Origin: a virus
DNA length: 32,000 nt
IMG/VR virus record: IMGVR_UViG_3300035670_013237
Span: 1-32,000 of that record
Reading direction: 5' to 3' (one strand)
Shown: in pieces, positions 1 through 10,100 of the stretch
Layout of the letters: every line of letters starts with the position of its first letter
Position numbering within the stretch: the stretch's first letter is position 1
Position numbers and translations under genes: made by a program
The notes under the pieces: model-generated
The model's input: the letters and a program-made list of their open reading frames with translations, nothing else
What the model was told of the DNA's origin: nothing
Databases searched by the model: none

Positions 1-180
1 ATGTCGGCTACAACAGAAATTATCACAGAACAACTTCATAAGCTCAAGGAGCAAATCGACACTGGTCGTAAGAATGGACAGGACGTCGGTGCGCTTATTT
101 CACGCTATGATGCGCTATCAAAGCAGCTCACCGCTGCGGCGAGTGCCCTGAATGAGAGCAAGCAAATCCTAAAGGGATGA
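1..180 (+). CDS. hypothetical small protein (59 aa; could be the 3' part of an ORF that begins upstream of the window)
   Basis: Frame 1 is open from nt 1 (ATG) to TGA at 178-180. The stop overlaps the next ORF's ATG (ATGA at 177-180), as in coupled phage genes. It is below the ORF-track length cutoff and has no recognisable motif. Confidence 0.35.
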   Translation: MSATTEIITEQLHKLKEQIDTGRKNGQDVGALISRYDALSKQLTAAASALNESKQILKG

Positions 181-407
181 ATACACCTATGCAACAAGTC
201 GATCTATATTCACCCATTCAGGCAACTCGCAAGGGCCCAGCACCTCTCATCCTGAGAGCCACCACACAACCTGCTGATGTCTACACGGCAGGGGGTGCCA
301 TGTCGGCTCCACCCAAGAATGAAATCTACATTCTCCTGTCCGCCCTGCCTGAAGAGCTCCGACGACGGGTGGAGACTGCGGTACAGGCTATAATTGCAGG
401 CATGTGA
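177..407 (+). CDS. hypothetical protein (76 aa)
   Basis: ORF-track entry. The ATG overlaps the upstream stop (ATGA), and strand and orientation match the neighbouring genes. No motif recognised. Confidence 0.45.
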   Translation: MNTPMQQVDLYSPIQATRKGPAPLILRATTQPADVYTAGGAMSAPPKNEIYILLSALPEELRRRVETAVQAIIAGM

Positions 408-415
408 GGTGAACC

Positions 416-610
416 GTGCGCAGAAAAATCAGAGATAATGAGCCAAATATTATTGATGACGTTTTTGCGTACCGGCCTCCGTCATCACGCGGGGGCATGA
501 TGAAGAGTGGGGCTGAGCCTGAAGGAGAAGAAATTCTTGAAGATTCTCCCATGGAAGAGGCGGCACTTCGGGCTCTCATTCGACACGAGGTATCGAAGCT
601 GAGGGCCTGA
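416..610 (+). CDS. hypothetical protein (64 aa) with a C-terminal LRALIRHEV amphipathic motif
   Basis: GTG start at 416 is preceded by GAGGTG at 405-410. The C-terminus (AALRALIRHEVSKLRA) resembles the N-terminal motif of ORFs 12617, 27425 and 29336. Confidence 0.45.
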   Translation: MRRKIRDNEPNIIDDVFAYRPPSSRGGMMKSGAEPEGEEILEDSPMEEAALRALIRHEVSKLRA

Positions 611-685
611 CCAACCATAAAATGAGCGGATAATTCTTATGTGTGAATTGGGGTTGTCTGCTCCTATTTATTGCGGGAAGGTAAT

Positions 686-1870
686 ATGCCGAGCTTCGTA
701 CAGACACTACAGCCAACTCCGTTCGGTTTCTTCGACTCCGATCCGCAGTTCCAGCAGGAGGCGGACTCGATGGTCACCTTCGTCAAGCGCAAGTTGGGCG
801 ATGATGTGCTGTCGGTCGAGCTCACCCGCAAGGAGATCTGGGCATGCTTCGAAGAAGCATGCTGCGAGTACTCTCGCAAGATACACGAGCTGAAGATCCA
901 GTCCGAGCTCGCCAACGTCCTGGGCATGCCCACAGGCAGCACGAACGATCTCACGAATAAATACCCTTTCCAGACGCTCGAGTTCCTAATGCGTCAGGCG
1001 TCCCCATATTCAACTTACGCGGGGGTCGGTGGTAACTATGATGCGACGTTAGGATATTTCGACCTGCAGGCAGGCAAGCAGGATTACAACATCTACACTG
1101 ACCTGAAAGATGCTGTGTCTGGCTCAGTCATCTACCAGAGCATGACGACGAAGTCGCCCATTCGGGTCATCGAGGTCTTCCACGTTGAACCCCTTGCTGC
1201 ACAGCACTTTCTGCTCAACGCGAGCAACGTCACAAACTTCTTGGCCACGAACTTCAACTATGAATCGTACGTCAACTCGACCCTCTTCTACGTCCTCCCC
1301 ATCTTCGAGGACGTGCTCCGCCGTGGTATGTTGGAGTCCGCGTTCCGGGTGCGGCGCTCGAACTATTCATATGAGATTTTAGGCGGAAATGTTCGCATCT
1401 ATCCGGCGCCCGTCACGGACCTCCAGGTGGGTAAGTTGTTCGTCAAGGTGCAGGCAGGTATGCTTGATCCTCTCAACCCGACGGCGCTTCAGGGACAGGA
1501 CCAGTCGATCTACGGGGTCTCTGGTCCACAGAATGTGCCTCTCGGCAACATCCCATTCTCGAGTGTGACGCAGCCTGGGCGGCAGTGGATCCGTCAGTAC
1601 ACTCTCGCCCTGTCACGTGAATTACTTGGCTTGATCCGTTCAAAGTTTCAAAACATTCCAATTCCCAACGCTGACCTCCAGCTCAACGGTGAGAACCTGA
1701 TCTCGACGGCACGGGAGGACAAGGAGAAGCTCCAGACACAGCTGAAGGAGTTCCTTGACAATCTGACGAACGCGAAGCTGATGGAGCAGCAGGCCACGAT
1801 GGCCGAGTTCATGCAGAAACAGTTGAAGTACGTTCCGATGCCCCTCGGCCGAAGCGTCATCATAGGATAA
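686..1870 (+). CDS. neck protein, T4 gp13-like
   Basis: I prefer ATG 686 (GGAAGG 5 nt upstream) over the track's TTG at 671. The N-terminus KRKLGDDVLSVELTRKEIWACFEEACCEY matches the gp13 pattern ([28 protein letters not shown]). The C-terminus WIRQYTLALSRELLG...AREDKEKL...IIG parallels T4 gp13 WVKDYATALAKELNG...ARLEKEAL...LVG, recalled from memory. Confidence 0.75.
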   Translation: MPSFVQTLQPTPFGFFDSDPQFQQEADSMVTFVKRKLGDDVLSVELTRKEIWACFEEACCEYSRKIHELKIQSELANVLGMPTGSTNDLTNKYPFQTLEFLMRQASPYSTYAGVGGNYDATLGYFDLQAGKQDYNIYTDLKDAVSGSVIYQSMTTKSPIRVIEVFHVEPLAAQHFLLNASNVTNFLATNFNYESYVNSTLFYVLPIFEDVLRRGMLESAFRVRRSNYSYEILGGNVRIYPAPVTDLQVGKLFVKVQAGMLDPLNPTALQGQDQSIYGVSGPQNVPLGNIPFSSVTQPGRQWIRQYTLALSRELLGLIRSKFQNIPIPNADLQLNGENLISTAREDKEKLQTQLKEFLDNLTNAKLMEQQATMAEFMQKQLKYVPMPLGRSVIIG

Positions 1871-1882
1871 TAGGGGGACAAC

Positions 1883-2551
1883 ATGGCACGGCTCTTCATC
1901 ACACCCAGAGAACTCAACTTCATCAGTGATATCACGAAGGAGCTAATCAAGGACGTCGTCGGTCAAAAGATCTACTACTATCCGATCTCCGAGCACAAGA
2001 CACAGACACACGGGGTCTATAACGAGGCGCTCAAGAAAGTGTTCGACAACCCCATCGCGATTGATGCCCTCATCGACAATAACTTCCAGTCCGACACGAA
2101 GATCGATCAGTTCGGCGTCGATGCGCAGTACAAGATTGAGGTCTTCATCCAACACCGTGACCTCGTGGAGAAGGGCATAAATGTCGCCATTGGTGATTAC
2201 TTCTCATTTTCTGAGATTTTTTATGAGATCACCGAGAGGTCGTTCATGAGGAACATCTACGGCATGCCCGAGCACAAGGACGGTGTCAAGCTCGTGGGGG
2301 CCCGAGTTCGTGAGAGCCAATTCAAGGCTCTGGTCATCGGGCCTACCGACATCTCGCGGCCAGAGGCAGATGCCGTGCAGACGACCTTCGTGCAGCAGCG
2401 GGGTGCCGCCGTGAATAAAGAGGGTGACACAGCTGACGTCCGTGACCTTGTCAGGAATGGCGTCCTGGATGAGCCCCTGACTGGCCCCCGTGAAGTGTCG
2501 AGCCTGGGCGATGGTCCAGGCGTGGGTTCTGCATTCTACGACGAGGAGTGA
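1883..2551 (+). CDS. neck protein, gp14-like (assigned mainly by position)
   Basis: RBS AGGGGGA lies upstream of ATG 1883. The gene sits between the gp13-like and gp15-like genes, as gene 14 does in T4. Its own sequence pattern is only weakly recognised. Confidence 0.5.
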   Translation: MARLFITPRELNFISDITKELIKDVVGQKIYYYPISEHKTQTHGVYNEALKKVFDNPIAIDALIDNNFQSDTKIDQFGVDAQYKIEVFIQHRDLVEKGINVAIGDYFSFSEIFYEITERSFMRNIYGMPEHKDGVKLVGARVRESQFKALVIGPTDISRPEADAVQTTFVQQRGAAVNKEGDTADVRDLVRNGVLDEPLTGPREVSSLGDGPGVGSAFYDEE

Positions 2552-2554
2552 GAC

Positions 2555-3853
2555 ATGGCCAATAGATTCAACGCAAAAGGCAAGATTAGACAAGGCCAAC
2601 CGCCGCTCCCGACAGGATATCCCACTGACACCACGTCTGATCTAGTCATACCCCCTGTGGGGCTCGAGGACGTCGACGTGGCACTCTTTAATCTCTTCGA
2701 TAAAGAACTGCCCCTCGCTGTCGGGGGACCTGCCGCTGTCGACCTGAAGAAAGTTCCTGTCGTCTTTGCGGGCGGTGAAAAGTGGGCGATGCTTAAGAAG
2801 AACCGGCCGCTGAGGGACAAGACGAACTCTCTGATCCTGCCCATCATCACGATCGGGCGCCCGAGTTTTACACAGGACCCGACGTCGGACATCACGGGGC
2901 GCGGAATTAACCAGCGCACAGGTGAGATCGTCATTAGGAGAAGGTTGGATCGCTCAGACCGTGGATATCAAAACCTGATCAATAAATTACTCCTGAAACA
3001 CCAAGGGAATCTGGCTGTCAATCCGGCGCTGGCTGATCCTGGGCAGCTGACGACCTTGAATGATGTGGGAGAGCTCGAGGTGGATCCCACCATAAAGAGG
3101 GGCGGATTGTTATTGGCTGACAGGCACAATAATGTCTTTGAGACTCTCGTCGTGCCGAGCCCACAATTCATCACTCTCAGTTATGAAGTGATAATCTGGA
3201 CCCAGTACACCCACCACATGAACCAGATCAATGAGACCCTCATGTCATCTTTTCTGCCGCAGACTCGGGGCTGGAAGCTGGACACTCCTAAGGGTTATTG
3301 GTTCATTGCCCACATGCAAGAGGGCGCTTTCACGGCAGAATCAAATTTCGATGACATGTCACAGGGCGAGCGCATCATCAAGCAGAAATTCAATATTGAA
3401 GTTCCTGCCTACATTCTAGCGTCGAGCGCCCCAGGTGTGCCTGTGCCCGTGAAACGTTATGTGAGCGTTCCTAATATTTCATTCGATGTCGGCATTCCAG
3501 ACGATCGTCAAAATAGTGCACCCCAAGCTGACATTGTCACTGGTCCATTCCTGGGTGCGGATGATCCAACACTGCCCCTAGACAAGAAGAGAAGTCCGCG
3601 CAGGGACGCGAGAGACCCTGGTTCTTCGCGGTACTTCACCTCAGGCGAAATTAATCCAGAGGACCCCGCCCTACTGGCGCAGCCCAGGGGCACGTCTCCT
3701 GAGCGCTATAGAAAAGTCATGACTCGCGGAGCTAACGGGGGGCTCATGACGAGCTATATTAGAATTGCTAATAAGAACCCACACACAGGTGAGACTGTCT
3801 TCGTTCCGAGCGCGGACCTGGGTGAGCTATCGATAGTGGCAATTGAAGAATGA
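2555..3853 (+). CDS. tail sheath stabiliser / tail completion protein, T4 gp15-like, with a long C-terminal extension
   Basis: RBS GAGGAG is present. FITLSYEVIIWTQYTHHMNQINETLMSSFLPQ parallels T4 gp15 IKMIYELSIFTRYEDDMFQIVEQILPYFQP. The gene lies directly after the gp13/14-like genes and before the sheath genes. Confidence 0.6.
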   Translation: MANRFNAKGKIRQGQPPLPTGYPTDTTSDLVIPPVGLEDVDVALFNLFDKELPLAVGGPAAVDLKKVPVVFAGGEKWAMLKKNRPLRDKTNSLILPIITIGRPSFTQDPTSDITGRGINQRTGEIVIRRRLDRSDRGYQNLINKLLLKHQGNLAVNPALADPGQLTTLNDVGELEVDPTIKRGGLLLADRHNNVFETLVVPSPQFITLSYEVIIWTQYTHHMNQINETLMSSFLPQTRGWKLDTPKGYWFIAHMQEGAFTAESNFDDMSQGERIIKQKFNIEVPAYILASSAPGVPVPVKRYVSVPNISFDVGIPDDRQNSAPQADIVTGPFLGADDPTLPLDKKRSPRRDARDPGSSRYFTSGEINPEDPALLAQPRGTSPERYRKVMTRGANGGLMTSYIRIANKNPHTGETVFVPSADLGELSIVAIEE

Positions 3854-3924
3854 TAGTAAAAAATAATTTTGGGCTCGCCACGAAATACTTATTCTAGCGG
3901 TTTTATACCATAAGGAGTGCAGCG

Positions 3925-6900
3925 ATGCCCGAGCAGACTTTCAGGTCTCCCAACTTTTACGAAAGAGAAATTGATCTTACAGCCCCGCGCCCCGAAGGCC
4001 CGAGCGGCACACCAGCTGGTGTGATTGGAACCGCCAACAAGGGACCGGCATTTATCCCGACGATCGTCGGCAATTTTGATGAATTTGTGTCCAAATTCGG
4101 CAACTTGGATCCGAAGTGCTTTGGACCCTATGCTGTCAGTGAATTCTTGAAGCACAAGAATTCACTGACATACCTTCGCACGCTCGGTGCAGGCGCCAAC
4201 CTGTCTGAGTCACAAATTCAAACGACAGTTGCCACTGGCCGAGTGACAGGTGCAGGTCTCTATCTCGATGGTGTGCCCGCGCCTGATGACGCCATCGGTC
4301 GCCACAACGGTGTCGTGCAGTTCTTGGTGGCAACCCATGATGCGACGACCGATGAGGCGTTCGGCATGCCGATGTTCACGGACAATGACTCGATCAACAA
4401 CCCGAATACAGCTCGCCTCGTCCGCGGCATCTTCATGACACCCGAGACCGCGCGCATCATGATCGCGGCTGATCCCACGACACCGAATGCCTTCGACGGC
4501 ACGGACGCTGACGAGACGAACATTTCTTCGCTCACTTTCAACGGCAAGTTCAAGTTGATCGTGTCGTCGACCCTCGGCAATTCTTTTGCCAACACCGATG
4601 GTAGCCCAGGTGTACGGATCTTCACTGCGTCGCTCAACCCGACAGACCCTGACTATTTTGTCAAGGTGATGAACACTGATCCTGACAGGTTCGTCCAAGA
4701 GCAGCACTTCGTCTATGCGGACTTTCCAGTCGACGCTGAGGTCGCGGTCGCCGCAGGCCCTGCTGCGATTCTTTCAGGCTCGAACAACACGTCGGCTGAC
4801 TCAGGTGACCCCGCTCTGGAGTTCCGCAAAGCATTCGGTGCATATGACACACGCTTCCGCGCGCCTGCCTCACCCTGGTTCATCTCGCAGCCCTTCGGCG
4901 TCACCGAGTACGATCTATTCAAGTTCGAGTCTCTCGATGACGGTGAGTATGCCAACAACCTCTACAAGATCGCCATCACGGACCTGAAAGCCTCGATGGA
5001 TGACTCTGATCGATTTGCGACTTTCACAGTTCAGATTCGCGACTGGAACGACACGGACAACAGCCCCCTTGTTCTTGAGTCATTCCCGAACTGCACACTC
5101 AATCCGAGGTCAGCTAACTATGTAGCGAGGCTAATCGGTGACTTGAAGTCCTCCTTCAACTTCGATGCGGCCATTCCAGAAGAGCGTCGCATCCTCACCG
5201 TGGGCAGCTATGATAATGTCTCCAAGCTCGTTCGGATTGTGGTGCATGAGAGCGTCGAGCGTGGGCTCGTCCCTGAGAACGCGATGCCCTTTGGCTTCCG
5301 CGGATTTGAATTGCCAAAGACGAATGACTTGTTGACTGATGGTGCCCCGGGCACGCCTCGCCTCACTGGTGAGATTACGACCGCAGCCCTTGAGGGCGCG
5401 ATCCTCCCGCCCATTCCATTCCGCTTCAAGATCACGAAGGGAGAAATTCTTGCAGGAGGCACCTGGGCGGGTGAACCAGGCAAGAATGAGCTCACATTCC
5501 CATCATACCACTGGGGTGTTAAGTTCGAGCGCAATACTGTGCCCCTCAACTCGAATGTCATCTCTGAGAAGAACCTGCTCCTCAACAACTACACGAAGTT
5601 CCTTGGAATTTCGAAGCTCGACACACTTGTGACAGGCTCCGGTGCAGACACACTCAACCACAATAAGTTCACACTCGCGAAGGTCGCCCTGTCGAACTTG
5701 ACAGCGCTGAATGTCAGCTCGGTCATCACAGGCTCAGCGGCCCAGCACATGCGCGAAGCCGCCTACATCCGGGATGCTGCGATCAACCCAACCGATTATA
5801 CCATCAACGACGGTGTCCTCGGCAATCGTTTGACCCTAGCATCTCTTCTCAGCAAGCTGACTCCGGCTGAGTTCAACAAATTCTCGTCGTATTCCAAGTT
5901 CGTCACATTCATGGGCGGCGGCTGGGATGGCCTCAACATCCTCGATCGCGATGCTCGGCGTATGAATGATAAATCGACATCTTTCGACATCGGCGGTGCC
6001 GCGGTCTCCTACGTCTCGCCTGGATTCTCGGTCTCGGCCGTCAACTTCGCAGGTGATGGACAGGACAACTCGACCGTCGCGGCGTACAAGGCTGCGGTTG
6101 ACATCATGACCGATCCACTCCTTGTCAACACGAACGTGCTGGCGATCCCAGGCATCCGTGAGCCCTTCATCACAGATTACACGATGAACAAGGTCCGCGA
6201 TTATGGTCTCGCCTATTTTGTAATGGATATCCCTGCGTACGACGACTCAGGCAACCGGCTCTTCGATGACTCGACAGCACGCCCAAACGTTGAACAGACC
6301 GCAACCTCCTTCGATGCACGCGGGATCGACAATAACTACGCAGGCACCTACTTTCCTGATGTCTTCATCGACGATGCGACCAATAGGCGCCGTGTCAAGG
6401 TCCCTGCCTCCATCGCAGCATATGGTGCCCTTGCGTTCAACGATCTCGTTGCGTACCCATGGTTCGCGCCTGCAGGCTTCAACCGTGCAGCCCTCGATTT
6501 CGTCAATAACGTCGGTGTGCGCCTCAGCGTCACTGACCGGGATAGGCTCTACGAGTCCAGGATCAATCCAATCGCAACTTTCCCCCGGTTGGGCTTCGTC
6601 ATCTATGGTCAGAAGACCCTGCAGGTCAACAAGTCAGCACTCGATCGTGTTAACGTTCGCCGACTGCTCCTTGAGGTGAAGAGGGTCATCATCAACATCG
6701 CGAACGGTCTCGTCTTCGAGCAGAACACACCTGTTGTTCGTAATCGCTTCGTGGCGGATGCAACACTGCAGCTGGGTCTTATTCAGGCTCAGGCAGGTGT
6801 CGAGGCCTTCCAGGTCGTCATGAATGAGACCAACAACACTGCCGAAGATGTCGAGCTTAATCGCTTGAACGGCCGCATCGTCGTCGTGCCGACGCGGGCG

Positions 6901-6957
6901 ATCGAGTACATTGCGATCGACTTCATCATCACGAACAGCGGTGTCGCCTTCGTCTGA
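3925..6957 (+). CDS. tail sheath protein, paralogue 1 (T4 gp18-like, 1010 aa)
   Basis: Strong RBS AAGGAG. The N-terminus reads GTPAGVIGTANKGPAFIPTIVGNFDEFVSKFG. The mid region reads SPWFISQ...LYKIAITD...VQIRDWNDTD...NYVARLIGD. The C-terminus reads AYPWFAPAGFNRAAL...YGQKTLQ...SALDRVNVRRLLLEVKR. All three are canonical contractile-sheath signatures. Confidence 0.9.
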   Translation: MPEQTFRSPNFYEREIDLTAPRPEGPSGTPAGVIGTANKGPAFIPTIVGNFDEFVSKFGNLDPKCFGPYAVSEFLKHKNSLTYLRTLGAGANLSESQIQTTVATGRVTGAGLYLDGVPAPDDAIGRHNGVVQFLVATHDATTDEAFGMPMFTDNDSINNPNTARLVRGIFMTPETARIMIAADPTTPNAFDGTDADETNISSLTFNGKFKLIVSSTLGNSFANTDGSPGVRIFTASLNPTDPDYFVKVMNTDPDRFVQEQHFVYADFPVDAEVAVAAGPAAILSGSNNTSADSGDPALEFRKAFGAYDTRFRAPASPWFISQPFGVTEYDLFKFESLDDGEYANNLYKIAITDLKASMDDSDRFATFTVQIRDWNDTDNSPLVLESFPNCTLNPRSANYVARLIGDLKSSFNFDAAIPEERRILTVGSYDNVSKLVRIVVHESVERGLVPENAMPFGFRGFELPKTNDLLTDGAPGTPRLTGEITTAALEGAILPPIPFRFKITKGEILAGGTWAGEPGKNELTFPSYHWGVKFERNTVPLNSNVISEKNLLLNNYTKFLGISKLDTLVTGSGADTLNHNKFTLAKVALSNLTALNVSSVITGSAAQHMREAAYIRDAAINPTDYTINDGVLGNRLTLASLLSKLTPAEFNKFSSYSKFVTFMGGGWDGLNILDRDARRMNDKSTSFDIGGAAVSYVSPGFSVSAVNFAGDGQDNSTVAAYKAAVDIMTDPLLVNTNVLAIPGIREPFITDYTMNKVRDYGLAYFVMDIPAYDDSGNRLFDDSTARPNVEQTATSFDARGIDNNYAGTYFPDVFIDDATNRRRVKVPASIAAYGALAFNDLVAYPWFAPAGFNRAALDFVNNVGVRLSVTDRDRLYESRINPIATFPRLGFVIYGQKTLQVNKSALDRVNVRRLLLEVKRVIINIANGLVFEQNTPVVRNRFVADATLQLGLIQAQAGVEAFQVVMNETNNTAEDVELNRLNGRIVVVPTRAIEYIAIDFIITNSGVAFV

Positions 6958-6978
6958 TCAGGCCGGCTGAAGTAGGAG

Positions 6979-7008
6979 CGCGGCGGCAATCCCGCCGCGT
7001 TCTTGCTT
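6979..7008 (+). terminator. intrinsic terminator-like hairpin after sheath paralogue 1
   Basis: CGCGGCGG (6979-6986), loop CAATC, CCGCCGCG (6992-6999), then TTCTTGCTT. It begins 22 nt after the stop codon. Confidence 0.55.
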
Positions 7009-7149
7009 AAGAGAGACAATTTCGCGGTCCCACGCTTCAAATGTGACGAGGAGAAATAGTTACTTGGAGATGTGGGAACGCTTTATAACAAAACCAGTTC
7101 ACGTATTTGCGGAGAAGAAAATAGTTAGTGCTAGACAGGGAGCAGAATA

Positions 7150-10100
7150 ATGGCACAGGTAAATCAAGGAAGCGCTGGAGTAACAGCAACAGAGATCGAC
7201 TTTTCAGGTCCTCTAACACAGACACCCACAGGCGTGCCTGCGGGGGTCATCGGCACGGCGCTGAAGGGTCCTGCATTCGTTCCGGTCACGGTTGGGACGA
7301 TTTCGGACTTTTATGCTAAGTTTGGCACCACCGATGGGAAAAAGTTCGGACCCCTTGCTGTCGCTGAGTGGATGCGCAATGCAAACGCAGTGACATATTT
7401 GAGAGTGTTAGGCGCGGGCGAGGGCGGCGCTCGCGATGTCGATGGATCTGTCGCTCGAGCAGGTTTTGCCGTCGGTGCGGAGCTGCCCGACAGTGATGGT
7501 GTCATTACCAGCAATTCATTCGCGAATGCGGGCGGGCCTGATGGGCGCACATATTTCCTCGGCGCCTTCATGTCCGAATCACTCGGCTCGTCGGTCTTCT
7601 CGTCCGCAGGGCTCCAGGGCGTTGGGGGCGTAACACCAAATCCCCAATCAGCTGTTCCCATCATCCGCGGTGTCGTCATGGCACCCTCAGGCGTCATCCT
7701 GCGCCTATCGGCATCATTCGACACCACGAACACGAGCGATGCGCCCGCCTCCAGCTATGTCGCTGACGATGCGACGGCACAAGGCAATATCGTCGGTGAC
7801 GTGCGGCTCGAGGAGGGCGGCCTCGCGAAGCAAGAGTTCGTCATGATCCTCAACGGTCACATCGGCGCGGACGTGAACTACTCCAATGTCATCACTGCCT
7901 CATTCGACCCGACGGCCGGCAATTACTTCGCCAATATCTTCAACAAGGATCCGTATAAGATCCAAGACGCTGGGCACTTCCTGTATGCGAACTGGGATAT
8001 CCATCCCTCGACAGCAGCTGTCACAGGCACTGTCCTCGTTGGTTCCGCATATGGTGCGGATCTCCAAAATGGTCTTGAGCCCTCGGCATTCTTGACGACC
8101 AGCTCGCTGACATACAACTCAGGCTCCACAGAGGTGCCTAATTACGAAGGGTTTGAGGACAGGTTTGGGCATGCCAGGTCACCGTGGGTCATCTCACAGC
8201 GCTTTGGTGGCTCTCCTGCCAATCTCTTCAAGCTCCATGCCATCGACGCCGGTGCAGGAGTCTCTAACCTCTACAAGATCTCAATTGAGAACATCACACC
8301 CAGCCCCGATGCTACCAACAAGTTTGGATCCTTCGACATCATTGTGCGCGACTGGCGGGACCGTGACGGCGCGCTGCAGCCGCTTGAAAAGTTCCGCGGC
8401 GTCAACCTCGATCCGCGCAGCGACCGGTACATTGCGAAGGTCATCGGTGACGCACATGTCTTCTTTGACTTCGACCGTGACATTGGAGCCCAGGCAGTCG
8501 TCGTCGAGGGCAACTACCCGGCCCGCTCCAACTACATTCGTGTGGAGGTTGACTCCGGCGTCGAGACTGGGACCGTCGATCCAACGGCACTGCCACTGGG
8601 CTTCCGGGGCATTGCACACCTCGTCACCTCAGGCAGCATGCCCCTGGCGAGCAACGATTGCGATAGCACACTGTCTTCAGCAGACCTCGTCAAGCGTGCG
8701 GTCACACCTCCGCTCCCAATGCGCTCCAACATCACGAGGGGCTCAGGCGGCCGGGTCCAGGCGAGCCCATCATTCTTCTGGGGCACGCAGTTCGAGCACG
8801 TCGTCACCTTGACTGACACGAACTCCTCGACCCTCAAGAATGACTCGCTGAATTCTTTTGTCAAGTACTTCCCGGACTATTCGACGCAGTACGCCAATTT
8901 CGTCGCAGGCGACAACACCGGTGCGGTCGACACGGCTGCCCTCGGCATCATCGATGCTGACAGATTCTGTAACAACCTCTTCACACTGGAGAACGTGCAG
9001 GTCGTGACGGGCTCGAACACCCTCGCCGACGTCAACAAGTGGGCGAACGCGACCTACGTCCGCCGCGGCAACATCGTCGCCGACGCCGCAGCCAAGACTC
9101 GAGCCCTCAAGGTCGACGATCTTACCTTGCGCGTAAATCGCCGGCTTGCGAAGTTCACATTCCCGCTCCAGGGCGGCTTCGACGGTGTCAACCTGTTCAA
9201 CCGTGAAACTGCAGAGCTCACCAACAACGCGGTCACGGCCGACATGGACAACACTGCGCGGGGCCTCCAGGACGGTGCGACTGTGAAGGCGTACACGAAG
9301 GCTCTGGAGATCATGAAGAACACGGTGAACACCGATATCCAGCTCCTCGCCATCCCGGGCATCAGGCATGAATCAGTCACTGACCGTGCGGCTGATGCCG
9401 TCAGGGATCGCTTCGACGCCCTGTATATCATGGATGTGAGACAGTACGACGACAACGTCACCGAGGTAACGTCATCTGCCCAGACTCCTTCGGTCACGTA
9501 CACGGCACAGGAGTTCAGCAGCCGGACCCTCGATAATAGCTTCGCGGCCGCGTACTTCCCAGACGTGGTGTTGCAGGATCCCACGACCAGAGAGAGTCTC
9601 GTCGTGCCCCCCTCGGTTGCCGTCCTGGGTGCCCTCGCCCTCAATGATCGTGTTGGGTATCCATGGTTTGCCCCTGCTGGCACGACCCGTGGTGCTCTGC
9701 CGACCGTCACCCGTGCGAATGTCCCACTCTCGAAGCTGAACATGGACACCCTGTACGACGTCAACATCAACCCCCTCGTCGCGCTGCAGCCTGACAGCGG
9801 CGTGGTCGTGTGGGGCCAGAAGACCTTGCAGGCTGCTGCGTCTGCCCTCGACCGTGTCAACGTCCGCCGCCTCCTCATCGAGATCAGGCGCCAGGTCCGT
9901 GACATCGCACAGACGATCCTCTTCGAGCCCAACCGCGCCGCGACCCTCGCCCGCTTCACTGCGGCGGTCACGCCGAGGCTCCAGAGGATCCAGGCCCTGG
10001 CGGGCCTCGATCGGTTCAAGGTCATCATCGATTCGTCGACGACGACCCAAGCCGACGTCGAGAACAACACGGTCCGGGGCAAGATCTTCGTCCAGCCCAC

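Noticed and set aside
671-685. Track-proposed upstream starts: TTG 671, TTG 12602, GTG 29628, the non-ATG start at 28970 and ATG 14189.
   Set aside because: In each case a downstream in-frame ATG has a better RBS or better context (686, 12617, 29676, 29054, 14291). The extensions run through a hairpin, an upstream gene or A/T-ending codons atypical for this genome. ATG 14189 remains possible because of its TGATG overlap.
8153-8812. A 219-aa plus-strand ORF in an alternative frame inside sheath paralogue 2. Similar off-frame ORFs occur at 6266-6679, 5339-5632, 4715-4987 and 25241-25558.
   Set aside because: These are out-of-frame overlaps of well-supported genes. Their Ser/Thr/Arg/Pro-rich translations are typical of off-frame reading of GC-rich genes.
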